A DNA stretch of 64,000 bases from positions 3,022 through 67,021 of the forward strand of contig DCHW01000064.1 of NCBI GenBank assembly GCA_002314935.1, in the 5' to 3' direction. The position numbers were made by a program, and so were the translations under genes. This DNA comes from Clostridiales bacterium UBA1742 (GTDB lineage: Bacteria; Bacillota; Clostridia; TANB77; CAG-508). Positions within the stretch are counted from its first letter, which is position 1, and every line of letters starts with the position of its first letter. Positions 1-11,495 of the stretch are shown in pieces. Below the pieces are notes generated by a model. It made no database searches. It was not told where the DNA came from and saw only the letters and a program-made list of their open reading frames with translations.

Positions 1-334
1 TAATATAGAAAATACAGAATTTTATGCAGGTGATGTAGAAAAAATTTTACCACAAATATTGGATAAAGAAAAAATTAAACCAGGAGTTGTTTTTGTTGAT
101 CCACCAAGAAAAGGATTAGATAAAAATACTGTACAACTACTTTTAAATTTGGAACCACAAAAAATTGTATATGTAAGTTGTAATCCTGCAACACTTGCTA
201 GAGACTTATTACTTTTAGAAGAGAAATATTCAATTAAAAATGTTCAACCAGTAGATATGTTTCCATATACGCATCATGTGGAGTGCTGTGCGTTGCTATG
301 TAAAAAAGAAAACTCTCAAACCATACAGCAGTAA
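1..334 (+). CDS. rlmD: 23S rRNA (uracil-5-)-methyltransferase RlmD/RumA-like, C-terminal fragment (5' end lies outside the window)
   Basis: The reading frame is open from position 1 through the stop at 334. SAM-methyltransferase motifs VFVDPPRKG and VSCNPATLARD are present, followed by a conserved RumA-type C-terminus. Confidence 0.55.
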   Translation, partial: NIENTEFYAGDVEKILPQILDKEKIKPGVVFVDPPRKGLDKNTVQLLLNLEPQKIVYVSCNPATLARDLLLLEEKYSIKNVQPVDMFPYTHHVECCALLCKKENSQTIQQ

Positions 335-416
335 AGGTTATATACAAAACAATCACTTATTAAAATTCAAATAAAATCATTTAAAATATCAAAAGTAATA
401 TGGAAGGTTGTAAACG

Positions 417-437
417 GTCGACATGTCAACGGAACAT
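417..437. promoter_or_regulatory. Conserved 21-nt element GTCGACATGTCAACGGAACAT (palindromic core GACATGTC) upstream of rhuM; second copy at 2657-2677
   Basis: A 20/21-nt identical sequence precedes both rhuM copies. It has a palindromic core typical of an operator or recombination site. Confidence 0.3.
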
Positions 438-508
438 ATTACGAAAAATTTATTTTAATTATTATTACACCAGAACTAAAAAAAATGAATAAAGGGAGAT
501 GATAAGGG

Positions 509-1531
509 ATGGATGAAAATTTAATTGGTAATGAAAAAAATATCATTTTTTACGAAGATAAAGAAGGAAATACCAAAGTAGAAGTAATATTGCAAGATGA
601 AAATGTATGGTTAAATAGTAAAGCAATATCTAATTTATTTAATATAGATAGAACAGTTATTACAAAGCATATTAATAATATATATAATGATAATGAATTA
701 GAAGAAAATGCAACTTGTGCAAAAATTGCACAAGTTCAAAAAGAAGGAAATAGAAATGTTAAAAGAAATATTTCATATTATAATTTAGATATGATTATTT
801 CTATAGGTTTTAGAGTAAATTCTAGGACTGCAATAAAATTTAGAACTTGGGCTAATAAAATAATTAAAGAGTATATGGTTAAAGGTTTTGCTTTAAATGA
901 TGAAAGATTTATAAATGGAAATAAATTTGAAACTAGATATTTTGATGAATTATTAGAACGTATTAAAGTAATTCGTACAAGTGAGAGAATGGCTTATCAA
1001 AAAATTACAGATATATTTATTGCAAGTAGTGTAGATTATGATAAAAAATCAGAAGAAGCATATACTTTCTTTAAGATTGTTCAAAATAAATTACATTATG
1101 CTATTACAGGACATACTGCAGCGGAACTAATATATGAAAGAGTGGATTCAGAAAAAATACATATGGGATTGACGAATTGGAAAAATAGTCCAGATGGATT
1201 AATATACAAATATGATGTTGGAATTGCTAAAAATTATCTTAACGAACAAGAATTAAAAAAATTAAACAATTTAACAACTTTATTTTTGGATTATGCAGAA
1301 GATATGGCAGAAGAACATCAAGTAATGACAATGAATGACTGGATTAAAGAAACAGATGAGTTACTAAAATTTAGAAAGAAAAAAATATTAAGTGATTCAG
1401 GTAAAATTTCCCATAAACAAGCTATAGAAAAAGCGGAAAATGAATATGAAAAATTTAGAATAAAACAAGATCAAGAATATATTTCAAGTATGGATGAAAT
1501 GTATAAAAAATATTTAGAAGAAAATAAATGA
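509..1531 (+). CDS. rhuM: RhuM-family virulence protein (Fic/DOC-like)
   Basis: 340-aa ORF with the RhuM N-terminal signature IIFYEDKEGNxKVEV...ENVWL...ISNLF and a strong RBS GGGAGAT. Confidence 0.75.
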   Translation: MDENLIGNEKNIIFYEDKEGNTKVEVILQDENVWLNSKAISNLFNIDRTVITKHINNIYNDNELEENATCAKIAQVQKEGNRNVKRNISYYNLDMIISIGFRVNSRTAIKFRTWANKIIKEYMVKGFALNDERFINGNKFETRYFDELLERIKVIRTSERMAYQKITDIFIASSVDYDKKSEEAYTFFKIVQNKLHYAITGHTAAELIYERVDSEKIHMGLTNWKNSPDGLIYKYDVGIAKNYLNEQELKKLNNLTTLFLDYAEDMAEEHQVMTMNDWIKETDELLKFRKKKILSDSGKISHKQAIEKAENEYEKFRIKQDQEYISSMDEMYKKYLEENK

Positions 1532-2638
1532 GGTGTTTAGGTATGAATAACATGAAATACATTAATTCAAAAGGAAAAAAATTTACAGGGGAATTAATAT
1601 TAGGACAAGATAATACAATACCATACATATTAGTAATACCAGAAGGTATTGAATATGGTAAAGAATTAATAGTAGAAAGTTTAAATTTAGAAGGAACGAA
1701 TATTATAGAAAACATAGTACCACACATCGTTAAACAATTAAAAGATATGGTAGAAGTTATTGATGATGCACCAATATTAATTCCTTTTACTCCTGATGTA
1801 AAAGGAGGCAGACCATATTATCAACAATTATCTAGAGAATGCTTCGAAGAATCAGAAAACGGAGAATATGAAATACAATATCCTAGAATAGATTTAGAAA
1901 TTATTAATGCTATTAATGACGCAAAAGATAGAGTAATGCAGATATCTGGAAAAAAAGTTGCAGAAAAAATATTTCTAAATGGATATTCTTCATCTGGAGT
2001 ATTTGCTCAGAGGTTTGCATTAATACATCCAGAGATTGTTGGAAGAGCATTAATTGGTGGAGCTTCAGGCTCTATACCATTACCAATAGAAGAATTTGAC
2101 TACCCTATTCGGAATAAGAGATTTTAAAGAACTATTTGGAAAAGATTTTGATTTAGATGAATACAAGAAAATTCAATTTGCATATTTTGTTGGAGAATTA
2201 GAAGCAAAAAATCCTGCATGGGAAAGAGATAAAGAAGGGAAAGACATAGAACGAAATGAAAATGGAGATAGAACAAATTTTAGTCAAATAATTCCACCAA
2301 TGCATGATATGTCATATTATCCAAGAAGTATAGATACCCAAAGAGCAAAATATCAAAGACAAATTTTAGGAGAAGATTTATCTGAAAGACATCAAAAATG
2401 TATTGAATATTATGAACAAAATGGATATGCTATAACTAGTAAAATATATAGAGGAACAGAACATTTTGGGATATATACAAGAAGTAATCCATCTTTTGAA
2501 GCATTAATAAGAGATATAACTTCGTTTTATAAAGAAAGAAAAAAGTTTCCTGAAGATATAGCAGGAGTATCAGAAATAAGTATGAAACCACAAAGAGTAA
2601 GAGAACAAGAAGCTAATAACCCAATAATGCATGAATAG
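1528..2638 (+). pseudogene. alpha/beta-hydrolase (GYSSSG nucleophile elbow) reading frame broken by a +1 shift near 2110 (attCgga)
   Basis: ORFs 1528..2127 and 2096..2638 are contiguous in adjacent frames. Deleting one C at about 2110 fuses them into a single roughly 370-aa protein carrying a GxSxG lipase/esterase motif. Confidence 0.5.
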
Positions 2639-2656
2639 AATATTATTAAAGTATCT

Positions 2657-2677
2657 GTTGACATGTCAACGGAACAT
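2657..2677. promoter_or_regulatory. Second copy of the TTGACATGTCAACGGAACAT element (perfect 12-bp palindrome TTGACATGTCAA)
   Basis: Same sequence as 417-437, lying upstream of the decayed rhuM copy. Confidence 0.3.
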
Positions 2678-2824
2678 TTTACATATAAAAAATCACATTG
2701 CAACGGTGTCTATACAACCCATGTAGAAGTAGTTTCAAGTTTGAACTTGAAAGGCAAAAATATCTAATTTTGTCGAAAAGTTCTTTGAAAAAATTAAATA
2801 AGATATTGAAATAGATATAAATAC

Positions 2825-3290
2825 ATGACAATATACAAACAAAAGTTTGAAAAAAGAAAGACTATATTTATGAATGAGATTTTAATAGGAAATGAAAATA
2901 ATATTATATTTTATGAAGATGAAAAAGGCAATTCTAAAGTAGAAGTAATTTTAAAAGAAGATAATGTTTGGTTAAACGCAAATGCTATTGCAAATTTATT
3001 TAATGTTCAAAGACCGGCAATAGTTAAGCATATTAATAACATTTATGATGACGAAGAATTAGAAAAAGATTTAACCTGTTCCATTTTGGAACAGGTTAAA
3101 CTTGAGGTTTTAGAGTGAATTCAAAGACTGCAATAAAATTTAGAACTTGGGCTAATAAAATAATTAAAGAGTATATGGTTAAAGGGTTTGCTTTAAATGA
3201 CGATAGATTTAAACAAGATAAAGAATACATTTCAAGTATGGATGAAATGTATAAAAAATATTTAGAAGAGAATAAGGGTTAAAATATGAT
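2825..3290 (+). pseudogene. Degenerate duplicate of rhuM (N-terminal 97 codons, in-frame TGA, two internal deletions)
   Basis: 2880-3060 encodes a RhuM-like N-terminus. 3121-3215 and 3222-3285 are near-identical to 822-900 and 1478-1531 of the intact copy. The segments are joined by deletions, and a stop codon occurs at 3116-3118. Confidence 0.65.
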
Positions 3291-3596
3291 TTTATATGCA
3301 ACAAACCAAACAATACAATAATTTGATATACCAATGTCTAATGAATTATCTTCATTTAATAGAGCTATGGAAGAGAAAGTAATTGATGCACAAACTAATG
3401 GCGGTTTGTTAGAATGGGGATTGAAATATTTTGAATTTGATGGAAGAAAATGTGTACAAGCAGTTAATCTTGATGTCTTTTATCAGCTTATATTATAATA
3501 GAGAAAAGGTAACATAAAACTTGAAAAAATTTTAATTTTGTTATATAATTTTGCATAGCAAAAACCCAATTATAAAATTCATAATAATAATTTAGA

Positions 3597-5021
3597 ATGG
3601 AGGATTTTATGGGAAACAAAGCAAAAATGTATGTAGATGTAATGTCACTAAGTAACGAAGTGACGGGCTCATGCTTTTTGTGTGTGCTTAAACTACCAAA
3701 TAAGGAGGTAATACGGTTTATAGTTGATTGTGGATTGTTTCAGGAAGATGGATATGATGAACTAAATTATTCATTTCCATTTAATGCAGAAAATATAGAG
3801 TTTGCATTAATAACCCATAATCACATAGATCACATTGGAAGAATTCCATTATTGTATAAAAATGGTTTTAAAGGAAAGACCTATTGTACAAATCAAACGA
3901 AAACATTAATGCCTTTAGCTCTAACGGACACATGTAAAATTTTAAAAGATGTTTGCAAACGTCAAAATAGGAAACAAATTTTTAGCGATTATGATGTTGA
4001 AACAGCAATTAAAAACTTTTATGGTGTTAGTTATAACGAAAAAATCAGTGTTAATCCCAATATAGATGTTACATTTTTAGAAAATGGTCATTTGATTGGC
4101 GCAGCCATGATTTTAGTAGAAATAACATATCCTAATGAAGAGCCAATTACCTTATTGTTTTCTGGTGATTACAAGAATGAGAATGTATTTGCTGATATTA
4201 GTGAATTATCTGAAAACCTTAGAAACAAACGAATTAATTTATTTATTGAGTCAACATATGCTAAAATGGAAACTAGTGAAATAAAATATGAATTTGATGA
4301 AAAAATAATTAATGGAATTTGTAATAAAAATTCTATAATAATTCCAGTATTTTCTTTAGGAAGATCTCAGGAAATATTATTAAAATTAAAACAACTTCAG
4401 GAAAATAATTTATTAGATGAAGCAATACCAATTTATTTTGACGGAAATTTAGCACATGCGTATACAAGATTAATGCTGAATAATCCAGAGATAATTACTG
4501 AAAATATGAAATTTTTACCGAAAAACTTAACTTTTGTTGATGCATCTATTAGAGAAAATTTATTGGAAACAGACAATTGTAAAATTATTTTAACAACTTC
4601 TGGGATGGGGACGTATGGTCCTGCACAAGTTTATTTACCGTATTTTGTTTCAAAAAATAATGTAACAATTATTTTTCCTGGATATACGGCAGAAGGAACT
4701 TTGGGTAGAAGCCTTATTGAAACTAATCAAAATGAAGTTGTAAAAATTGGTGGACTTTTAGTTAAGAAAAAAGCAGAAATTATTTCTTTAAATGAATTTT
4801 CAGGACATGCTAAATCTGATGAATTAATTGAATTAATAAAAAAATTTAATAATTTAAGATCAGTTTTAATTAATCATGGAGAATGTGAAACAAAAGAAAT
4901 TATGGCTGCAAAGGTTATTGATTGTGTTGATCCACCTAGTGTTGGAATTTTGGACAGAAGATATTTCTTCCGAGTTGCTACCTATGGAGTTATAAAAACT
5001 TTACCAACCAAATTTAAGTAA
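3597..5021 (+). CDS. MBL-fold metallo-hydrolase, beta-CASP/RNA-processing type
   Basis: HxHxDH motif ALITHNHIDHIGRIP. 474 aa, a size and layout typical of RNase J/CPSF-like hydrolases. Confidence 0.55.
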   Translation: MEDFMGNKAKMYVDVMSLSNEVTGSCFLCVLKLPNKEVIRFIVDCGLFQEDGYDELNYSFPFNAENIEFALITHNHIDHIGRIPLLYKNGFKGKTYCTNQTKTLMPLALTDTCKILKDVCKRQNRKQIFSDYDVETAIKNFYGVSYNEKISVNPNIDVTFLENGHLIGAAMILVEITYPNEEPITLLFSGDYKNENVFADISELSENLRNKRINLFIESTYAKMETSEIKYEFDEKIINGICNKNSIIIPVFSLGRSQEILLKLKQLQENNLLDEAIPIYFDGNLAHAYTRLMLNNPEIITENMKFLPKNLTFVDASIRENLLETDNCKIILTTSGMGTYGPAQVYLPYFVSKNNVTIIFPGYTAEGTLGRSLIETNQNEVVKIGGLLVKKKAEIISLNEFSGHAKSDELIELIKKFNNLRSVLINHGECETKEIMAAKVIDCVDPPSVGILDRRYFFRVATYGVIKTLPTKFK

Positions 5022-5037
5022 GTAGTTTATAAGTTTT

Positions 5038-5067
5038 ATCCGCTAATAATTATATTAGCGGATTTTC
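5038..5067 (+). terminator. rho-independent terminator after the MBL gene
   Basis: Hairpin ATCCGCTAATA...TATTAGCGGAT followed by TTTT. Confidence 0.5.
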
Positions 5068-5164
5068 CTATTTATAAAAATTAATAATTGATTAAAAAAA
5101 ATCTTTATGGTACAATACAACCATAAGGATTTTTTTATATATATAAAAATTGGAGGACTAAATT

Positions 5165-6328
5165 ATGAAAGAAAAGTTAGTATCAAAATTTGAAGAATTA
5201 TATGGAAACAATGGAAAAATTAATACTTATTTTGCACCTGGAAGAGTAAACTTAATTGGAGAACACACAGATTATAATGGAGGACATGTATTCCCTTGCG
5301 CATTAACAATGGGAACATATGCAGTAGCAAGAAAAAGAGAAGATAATAAATTAAGATTTTATTCTATTAATTTTGAAAAATTAGGAGTTTTAGAATCAAA
5401 TATAGATGAATTAAAATATAATAAAAATGAAGATTGGATAAATTATCCTAAAGGTATGATTTGGTCAATGAAAGATGAAGGATATAAAATAAATACTGGA
5501 TTTGACATATTGTTTTATGGAACGATACCTAATGGCGCAGGATTATCTTCATCTGCTAGTATAGAGGTACTAACAGGTTTTGTTATTAAGGATTTATTTG
5601 ATTTGGATATAGACATGACAAAATTAGCTTTATTAGGACAAAAAGCAGAGAATAAATATGTTGGAGTAAATTGTGGAATAATGGATCAATTTGCAATAGC
5701 AAATGGAAAGAAAAATTATGCAATATTTTTAGATACATCAGATTTAAAATATGAATATGCACCAGTTGAGTTAGATGGAATTAAAGTGGTTATAATGAAT
5801 ACAAATAAAAAAAGAGGATTAGGTGATTCAAAATATAACGAACGTAGAAGCGAATGTGAAGAAGCTCTTAGCGAATTAAAAGAAAAATTAAAAATTAATT
5901 CTTTAGGTGAATTAACAGAACAAGAATTTGAAGAAAATAAATATCTTATAAAAAGTGAAATAAGACAAAAAAGAGCTAAACATGCAGTTTATGAAAACCA
6001 AAGGACAATAAAAGCTGTGGAAGCATTAAAAAATAACGATATAAATCTACTAGGAAAATTAATGATTGATTCTCATAATTCTTTAAAAGATGATTATGAG
6101 GTTACAGGAGTTGAATTAGATACAATTGTAGAAGAAAGCTTAAAACAAGAAGGTACAATAGGTGCAAGAATGACAGGAGCAGGATTTGGAGGATGTGCTG
6201 TAAGTTTAGTAAAAGCTAACAAAGTTGATGATTTTATTAAAAATGTTGGAGAAAATTATAAAAATAAAATTGGATATGAAGCTTCTTTTTATGCTGTAGA
6301 AATAGGTAATGGTCCAATTAAAATATAA
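5165..6328 (+). CDS. galK: galactokinase
   Basis: Galactokinase signature GRVNLIGEHTDYNGG. GHMP-kinase ATP motif PNGAGLSSSAS. 387 aa. Confidence 0.9.
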   Translation: MKEKLVSKFEELYGNNGKINTYFAPGRVNLIGEHTDYNGGHVFPCALTMGTYAVARKREDNKLRFYSINFEKLGVLESNIDELKYNKNEDWINYPKGMIWSMKDEGYKINTGFDILFYGTIPNGAGLSSSASIEVLTGFVIKDLFDLDIDMTKLALLGQKAENKYVGVNCGIMDQFAIANGKKNYAIFLDTSDLKYEYAPVELDGIKVVIMNTNKKRGLGDSKYNERRSECEEALSELKEKLKINSLGELTEQEFEENKYLIKSEIRQKRAKHAVYENQRTIKAVEALKNNDINLLGKLMIDSHNSLKDDYEVTGVELDTIVEESLKQEGTIGARMTGAGFGGCAVSLVKANKVDDFIKNVGENYKNKIGYEASFYAVEIGNGPIKI

Positions 6329-6354
6329 AACAAGAAAAGAGGATTTTTAATAAT

Positions 6355-7167
6355 ATGAGTATATTGGGAATTGATATAGGAACTTCTACAACAAAAATAA
6401 TTGAATATAAAGATGGTAATATTTTAAATAAAAAAATATATGAAAACATTAAAAATTCTTCTTATGAAAATTTTATGAGAGATTTTATAATAAATAACAA
6501 TACAGAAAAGATTGAGAGAATTGTTTTTACAGGTATAGGAGCAGAAAAAATTAATAAAAATAATTATAGCATTCCAGTTGATGTAATAGATGAATTTCTT
6601 GCAATAGCAAAAGGTGGATTAGTGTTAGCAAATAAGCAACAGGCTATTGTTGCAAGTATTGGAACAGGAACAGCTTTTATAAGAGCTACTCAAGATTCAG
6701 TAAAGCATTTAGGAGGAAGCGGAGTTGGAGCTGGAACTTTAACAAATATTTGTAACCAATTTGTAGGAACAAAAAATTTTAAAGAAATATTAGAAATTTC
6801 TAAAAATGGTGACTTGAGTAAAATTGATTTAAGAATAGGTGATATTATTCAAAAAGAAATTACAACATTACCACAAGATCTAACTTTAGCTAATTTTGGA
6901 AAAATTTCAAATGATGTATCGAAAGCAGATATTATACTTGGAGTTGTAAATATGATTTTTGAAACAATAGGAATGATGGCAGCTTTTATAACAATAAATG
7001 ATTATATAAAAGATGTTGTTTTAATTGGAAATATTTCTACCATACCAGCAGTAAAAGAGATTTTGAAAAAAATTGAAAATACTCATAAAATTAATTTTAT
7101 AATTCCTCAAAACAGTGAGTTTGGTGTTGCATTAGGCGCAATAGATATAGTGCGTGAAAATAATTAA
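6355..7167 (+). CDS. coaW: type II pantothenate kinase (CoaW-like), acetate/sugar kinase fold
   Basis: N-terminal GIDIGTSTTK, IGTGTAF, GGSGVGAGTL and DLTLANFG align with motifs of staphylococcal type II PanK. 270 aa. Confidence 0.55.
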   Translation: MSILGIDIGTSTTKIIEYKDGNILNKKIYENIKNSSYENFMRDFIINNNTEKIERIVFTGIGAEKINKNNYSIPVDVIDEFLAIAKGGLVLANKQQAIVASIGTGTAFIRATQDSVKHLGGSGVGAGTLTNICNQFVGTKNFKEILEISKNGDLSKIDLRIGDIIQKEITTLPQDLTLANFGKISNDVSKADIILGVVNMIFETIGMMAAFITINDYIKDVVLIGNISTIPAVKEILKKIENTHKINFIIPQNSEFGVALGAIDIVRENN

Positions 7168-7292
7168 AAATAGATTAGTTATTTTATAAAAAATATTTGA
7201 CAAAGAGAAAGTTTTAATAGATAATTATTGTGTTATACTTTTTTATTAAACATAAGAAAAATATATAAAATTACAAAGGAGGTACATTTTAA

Positions 7293-9854
7293 ATGTACAT
7301 ATTTAATAAGGTTACAGTAATGCCACAATTACCAAAAAAAATTGATCAGTTAGATAAAATTTCTAATAATCTTTGGTGGGCATGGAATACAGAATTTTTA
7401 AAATTATTTAAACAAATAGATATTGATTTGTGGGAAAGTTGTCAAAAAAATCCCGTTAAGTTCTTAAAATTGGTAGATCAAGAAAAATTAGAAAATATTG
7501 CAAAAGATACAAGCTTTTTAACGCAATATAGTCAAAATGTATCTAATTTTGAAAACTATATGAAAAGTAAAACAACTTGGTTTTCTAAAAATTACCCAGA
7601 AAATAAAGATAATTTAATTGCATATTTTTCTGCAGAATATGGTTTGGATCAAATATTACCAATATATTCTGGTGGACTTGGAATGTTATCTGGAGATCAT
7701 TTAAAATCTGCAAGTGATTTAGGAATACCTTTGGTAGCAATTGGATTGTTATATAAAAATGGATATTTTAATCAAAAAATAAATGCACAAGGATGGCAAA
7801 CAAGTGAATACAAAAATATTGAATTAAATGATTTACCTATTTTACCTGTGAAAACTAAATCAGGTGAAGATATGATTATTTCTATAAAAGATGGTGGAAA
7901 AAATGTATATATTAAGGCTTGGAAAGTTTTAGTAGGTAGAGTTACTTTATATTTGTTGGATACAGATATAGAAGAAAATACGGAAGAAAATAGAACCACC
8001 ACTCTTGCTTTATATGGCGGAGACCAAGAAATGAGAATAAAACAAGAAATGGTACTTGGAATAGGTGGAGTTACACTTTTAAAAGAATTGGGGCTTAATC
8101 CAACTGTTTACCATATGAATGAAGGACATTCATCTTTTTTAGTTCTTGAATTAATAAAAAATATAATGGAGGAGAAAAAAGTTTCTTTCCAAATTGCAAA
8201 AGACATAGTAACAGCTAAAACTGTATTTACTACACATACTCCAGTACCTGCAGGAAATGATATATTCCCTGTAGAATTAGTAACAAAACATTTTGATGGA
8301 TTTTGGAGTCCTTTGGGAATTACAAAAGATGAATTTTTAAGCATGGGTATGAAACCAAAAGAAGATAAAAAAACAAGTTTTAACATGGGAATATTGGCTT
8401 TAAAAATTGCAGGAAAGAAAAACGGTGTTAGCAAATTACATGGTGCTGTTTCTAGAGAATTATTTGGAGAAGTATGGCCTGAAATTGCTTCAAATGAATC
8501 ACCAATAACATATGTTACAAATGGAATTCATACTTGTACTTGGCTTGCTCCAACTTTAAAGGAATTATATAATAAATATTTAACTCCATATTGGCAAGAC
8601 AAAATTCATGAAAATGAGACATGGGGAAAAATAGAAAATATACCAGATGCTGAATTATGGGATGTACATCAAAAAAGAAAAGAAAAATTATTAAAATTAG
8701 TGAAAGATAATGTTACAAATAGACTAAAAAATAATGGAATGCATTATGAAACAATAAATGAAATAACATCAAAATTAAATCCAAATGCTTTAACAATTGG
8801 ATTTGCAAGAAGATTTGCAACATATAAAAGAGCGACATTAATATTTAAAGATTTAGAAAGGATGACACAAATACTTAATGATGATTCTAAGCCTGTGCAA
8901 TTAATTTTTGCAGGTAAAGCACATCCTAAAGATGTAGAAGGGCAAGAATTAATAAAAAGAATACACGAAATTTCTTTAATGCCACAGTTTAAAGGAAAAA
9001 TTTTCTTATTAGAGAACTATAATATGGAAAATTCAAAACTTTTAATTTCTGGTGTTGATGTTTGGTTAAATAATCCAAGAAGACCTATGGAAGCCTCTGG
9101 AACTAGTGGAGAAAAAGCAGCAGTAAATGGTGTCATAAACTTTAGTATTCTAGATGGATGGTGGGCTGAAGGATATAATCAAAAAAATGGTTGGGCAATT
9201 GGAACAAACAGAGAATTTGATTCTTATGAAGAACAAGATAGTTTTGACAGCCAAAGTATATATAATATTTTAGAAAATAAAATAATACCTATGTATTATA
9301 ATAAACAAAATGGTATTTCAACAGAATGGATTACAACAATGAAAAATTCTATAATTTCTAATGGTGGAAAATATAGTACTGCAAGAATGCTAACAGATTA
9401 TACTAAAGATTTGTATATACCTTTATGTAATATTACTACAAAATATTATAATAATTTGGATTTAGTAACAGAGTTTAATCAGATTAAATCAGATATGTAT
9501 AAAAACTGGGATGATATAGAAATTACTCAAGGAAATAATTTGGATAATATTTCTACAAATGCTGGTGGTGAAATCGAAGTTTATTGTACAGTTAAATTAC
9601 CAAATATTAATCAGGAAAATATAGAGACACAAGCATATTATGGAAAAATATTGGATAATGGAACAATAGAAAATATAAATATTACTACAATGGAATTAAT
9701 AGAAAAAGATGATGAAAACAAGGTATACAAATATAAGGCAAAAATTGATTTTAAAACAGGTGGAAATTATGGATATACATTTAGAGTAATGCCAAAAAGT
9801 GATATGTTATTAGATAGTAGTAATTTAAATCTTATAAAATGGATAACAAAATAG
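7293..9854 (+). CDS. glgP: alpha-glucan (glycogen/maltodextrin) phosphorylase, GT35 family
   Basis: 853 aa. The N-terminal WWAWN segment and the AYFSAEYGL...IYSGGLGMLSGDHLKSASDLGIPLVAIGLLY signature are characteristic of alpha-glucan-family phosphorylases. Confidence 0.8.
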   Translation: MYIFNKVTVMPQLPKKIDQLDKISNNLWWAWNTEFLKLFKQIDIDLWESCQKNPVKFLKLVDQEKLENIAKDTSFLTQYSQNVSNFENYMKSKTTWFSKNYPENKDNLIAYFSAEYGLDQILPIYSGGLGMLSGDHLKSASDLGIPLVAIGLLYKNGYFNQKINAQGWQTSEYKNIELNDLPILPVKTKSGEDMIISIKDGGKNVYIKAWKVLVGRVTLYLLDTDIEENTEENRTTTLALYGGDQEMRIKQEMVLGIGGVTLLKELGLNPTVYHMNEGHSSFLVLELIKNIMEEKKVSFQIAKDIVTAKTVFTTHTPVPAGNDIFPVELVTKHFDGFWSPLGITKDEFLSMGMKPKEDKKTSFNMGILALKIAGKKNGVSKLHGAVSRELFGEVWPEIASNESPITYVTNGIHTCTWLAPTLKELYNKYLTPYWQDKIHENETWGKIENIPDAELWDVHQKRKEKLLKLVKDNVTNRLKNNGMHYETINEITSKLNPNALTIGFARRFATYKRATLIFKDLERMTQILNDDSKPVQLIFAGKAHPKDVEGQELIKRIHEISLMPQFKGKIFLLENYNMENSKLLISGVDVWLNNPRRPMEASGTSGEKAAVNGVINFSILDGWWAEGYNQKNGWAIGTNREFDSYEEQDSFDSQSIYNILENKIIPMYYNKQNGISTEWITTMKNSIISNGGKYSTARMLTDYTKDLYIPLCNITTKYYNNLDLVTEFNQIKSDMYKNWDDIEITQGNNLDNISTNAGGEIEVYCTVKLPNINQENIETQAYYGKILDNGTIENINITTMELIEKDDENKVYKYKAKIDFKTGGNYGYTFRVMPKSDMLLDSSNLNLIKWITK

Positions 9855-9858
9855 AAAT

Positions 9859-9889
9859 CAAGTCGCAAACTTTTTTGGTTTGCGACTTG
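9859..9889. terminator. Stem-loop CAAGTCGCAAAC/GTTTGCGACTTG after glgP; the T-tract follows the stem only on the minus strand
   Basis: Perfect 12-bp inverted repeat. The U-tract lies in the loop on the plus strand and after the stem on the minus strand. Confidence 0.4.
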
Positions 9890-9912
9890 AATGAAGTAAG
9901 GAGATTTTATAT

Positions 9913-11354
9913 ATGAGAAAAACCAAAATTATATGTACTTTAGGACCTGCAACAGATGATCCAGAAGTGTTAAAAAAATTAATGAAAGCTGGTATGAATG
10001 TTGGTAGAATAAACTTTTCACATGGAAATTATCGAGATCAAGAAGAAAGAATTAATGTTTTTAAATGGATTAGAGGAGAACTTGGATTACCTATTCCATT
10101 ATTATTAGACACTCAAGGACCTGAAATAAGAATTGGGAAATTTAAAAATGATAAAATATTTTTAGAAGATGGAAATGAGTTTACTCTTTTAAATGAAGAT
10201 ACATTAGGAGATAAAACTAAAGTTTCTATAACATATAAAGAATTATATAAAGATGTCGAAACTGGAAGAACAATATTGGTAAATGATGGTACTATAGAGC
10301 TAAAAGTTAAAAATATTATAGATAAAGATATACTTTGCGAGGTAATACATGGGGGAGTTTTAACAAACAGAAAAAGTATTAATGTTCCAGATTTAGAGCT
10401 TCATTTACCAAGTATTACAGAAAAAGATATAGAAGATATTAAATATGGAATATCAGTTGGATTTGATTATATTGCAGCTTCATTTGTTAGAAAGCCAGAA
10501 GATGTTTTAGCAATAAAAGATGTTTTAAAACAAAATAATGGAGAACATATAAAAGTAATTGCCAAAATTGAAAATAGAGAAGGAATAAATAATTTTGATA
10601 AAATACTTGAAATTGCTGATGGAATTATGGTTGCAAGAGGAGATTTAGGTGTTGAAATTCCAATGGAGGAAGTTCCTATTTATCAGAAACAATTTATAAA
10701 GAAAACATACAAACAAGGAAAACCAGTAATTACTGCAACTCAAATGCTTGAATCAATGATAACAAATACAAGACCTACAAGAGCTGAAGTTAGTGATATT
10801 GCAAATGCTATATATGATGGAACAAGTGCTATAATGTTATCTCGGAGAAACTGCAACAGGAAATTATCCAGTAGAATGTGTAGAAACAATGAGTAGAGTT
10901 GCTGTAGCAATAGAGAAATCTTTAAAATATTGGAAAAGATTTAATAATAGAAGATATAATTTAGAAGAATTAAATTATAACTTTAATATGAATTATGCTG
11001 TATGTACTTTAGCTGCAAACATAGGAGCCAAAGCAATTATTGCATATACTAATACAGGTGATACATCAAGAATTGTATCTAGTTTTGGTCCAGAATGTCC
11101 AATTTTTGCAATAACTGAAAATGAAACAACATATAGACAACTACGGTGCATGCTGGAACATAATTCCTAAGTTATTTACTCACCAAGATAATATAGATAA
11201 ATTAGTTTATGTTGGAATAGGTAGTTTAATAAAAGAAGGCTTTTTAAATAAAGGAGATAAAGTTGTAATTGCTGGTGGTGCAAAGGCTGTGGCAGATTTA
11301 ACTAATGATGAAGTTAAAATAAATAATGCAATGGGAGGTATTATTGAAATTTAA
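9913..11354 (+). pseudogene. pyk: pyruvate kinase, reading frame interrupted twice (about 10843 tctCgga and about 11147 ctaCggt); probably intact in vivo
   Basis: Three consecutive ORFs together encode a complete roughly 480-aa pyruvate kinase ([34 protein letters not shown]). Each break is repaired by removing one C before GGA/GGT. Confidence 0.8.
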
Positions 11355-11420
11355 GATAGAAAAGTAATAATATATTTTATATAAATATAAAAATGTTAAA
11401 AGTATAATAAAGGTTTAAAA

Positions 11421-11449
11421 GTTCATATTTTTTATATGAACTTTTTTTT
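11421..11449 (+). terminator. rho-independent terminator after pyk
   Basis: Hairpin GTTCATAT...ATATGAAC followed by an 8-T run. Confidence 0.7.
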
Positions 11450-11495
11450 GTATAAAGAATAAAATATATTATATGCAATAAAAGGAGGAATTTTA

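Noticed and set aside
7772-8434. Minus-strand ORFs inside glgP
   Set aside because: Antisense to a well-supported 853-aa phosphorylase gene.
9913-11354. Treating pyk as a genuinely inactivated pseudogene
   Set aside because: Both breaks fit the recurrent single-C insertion pattern seen in five other places, so sequencing or assembly error is more parsimonious. It is flagged as a finding rather than asserted.
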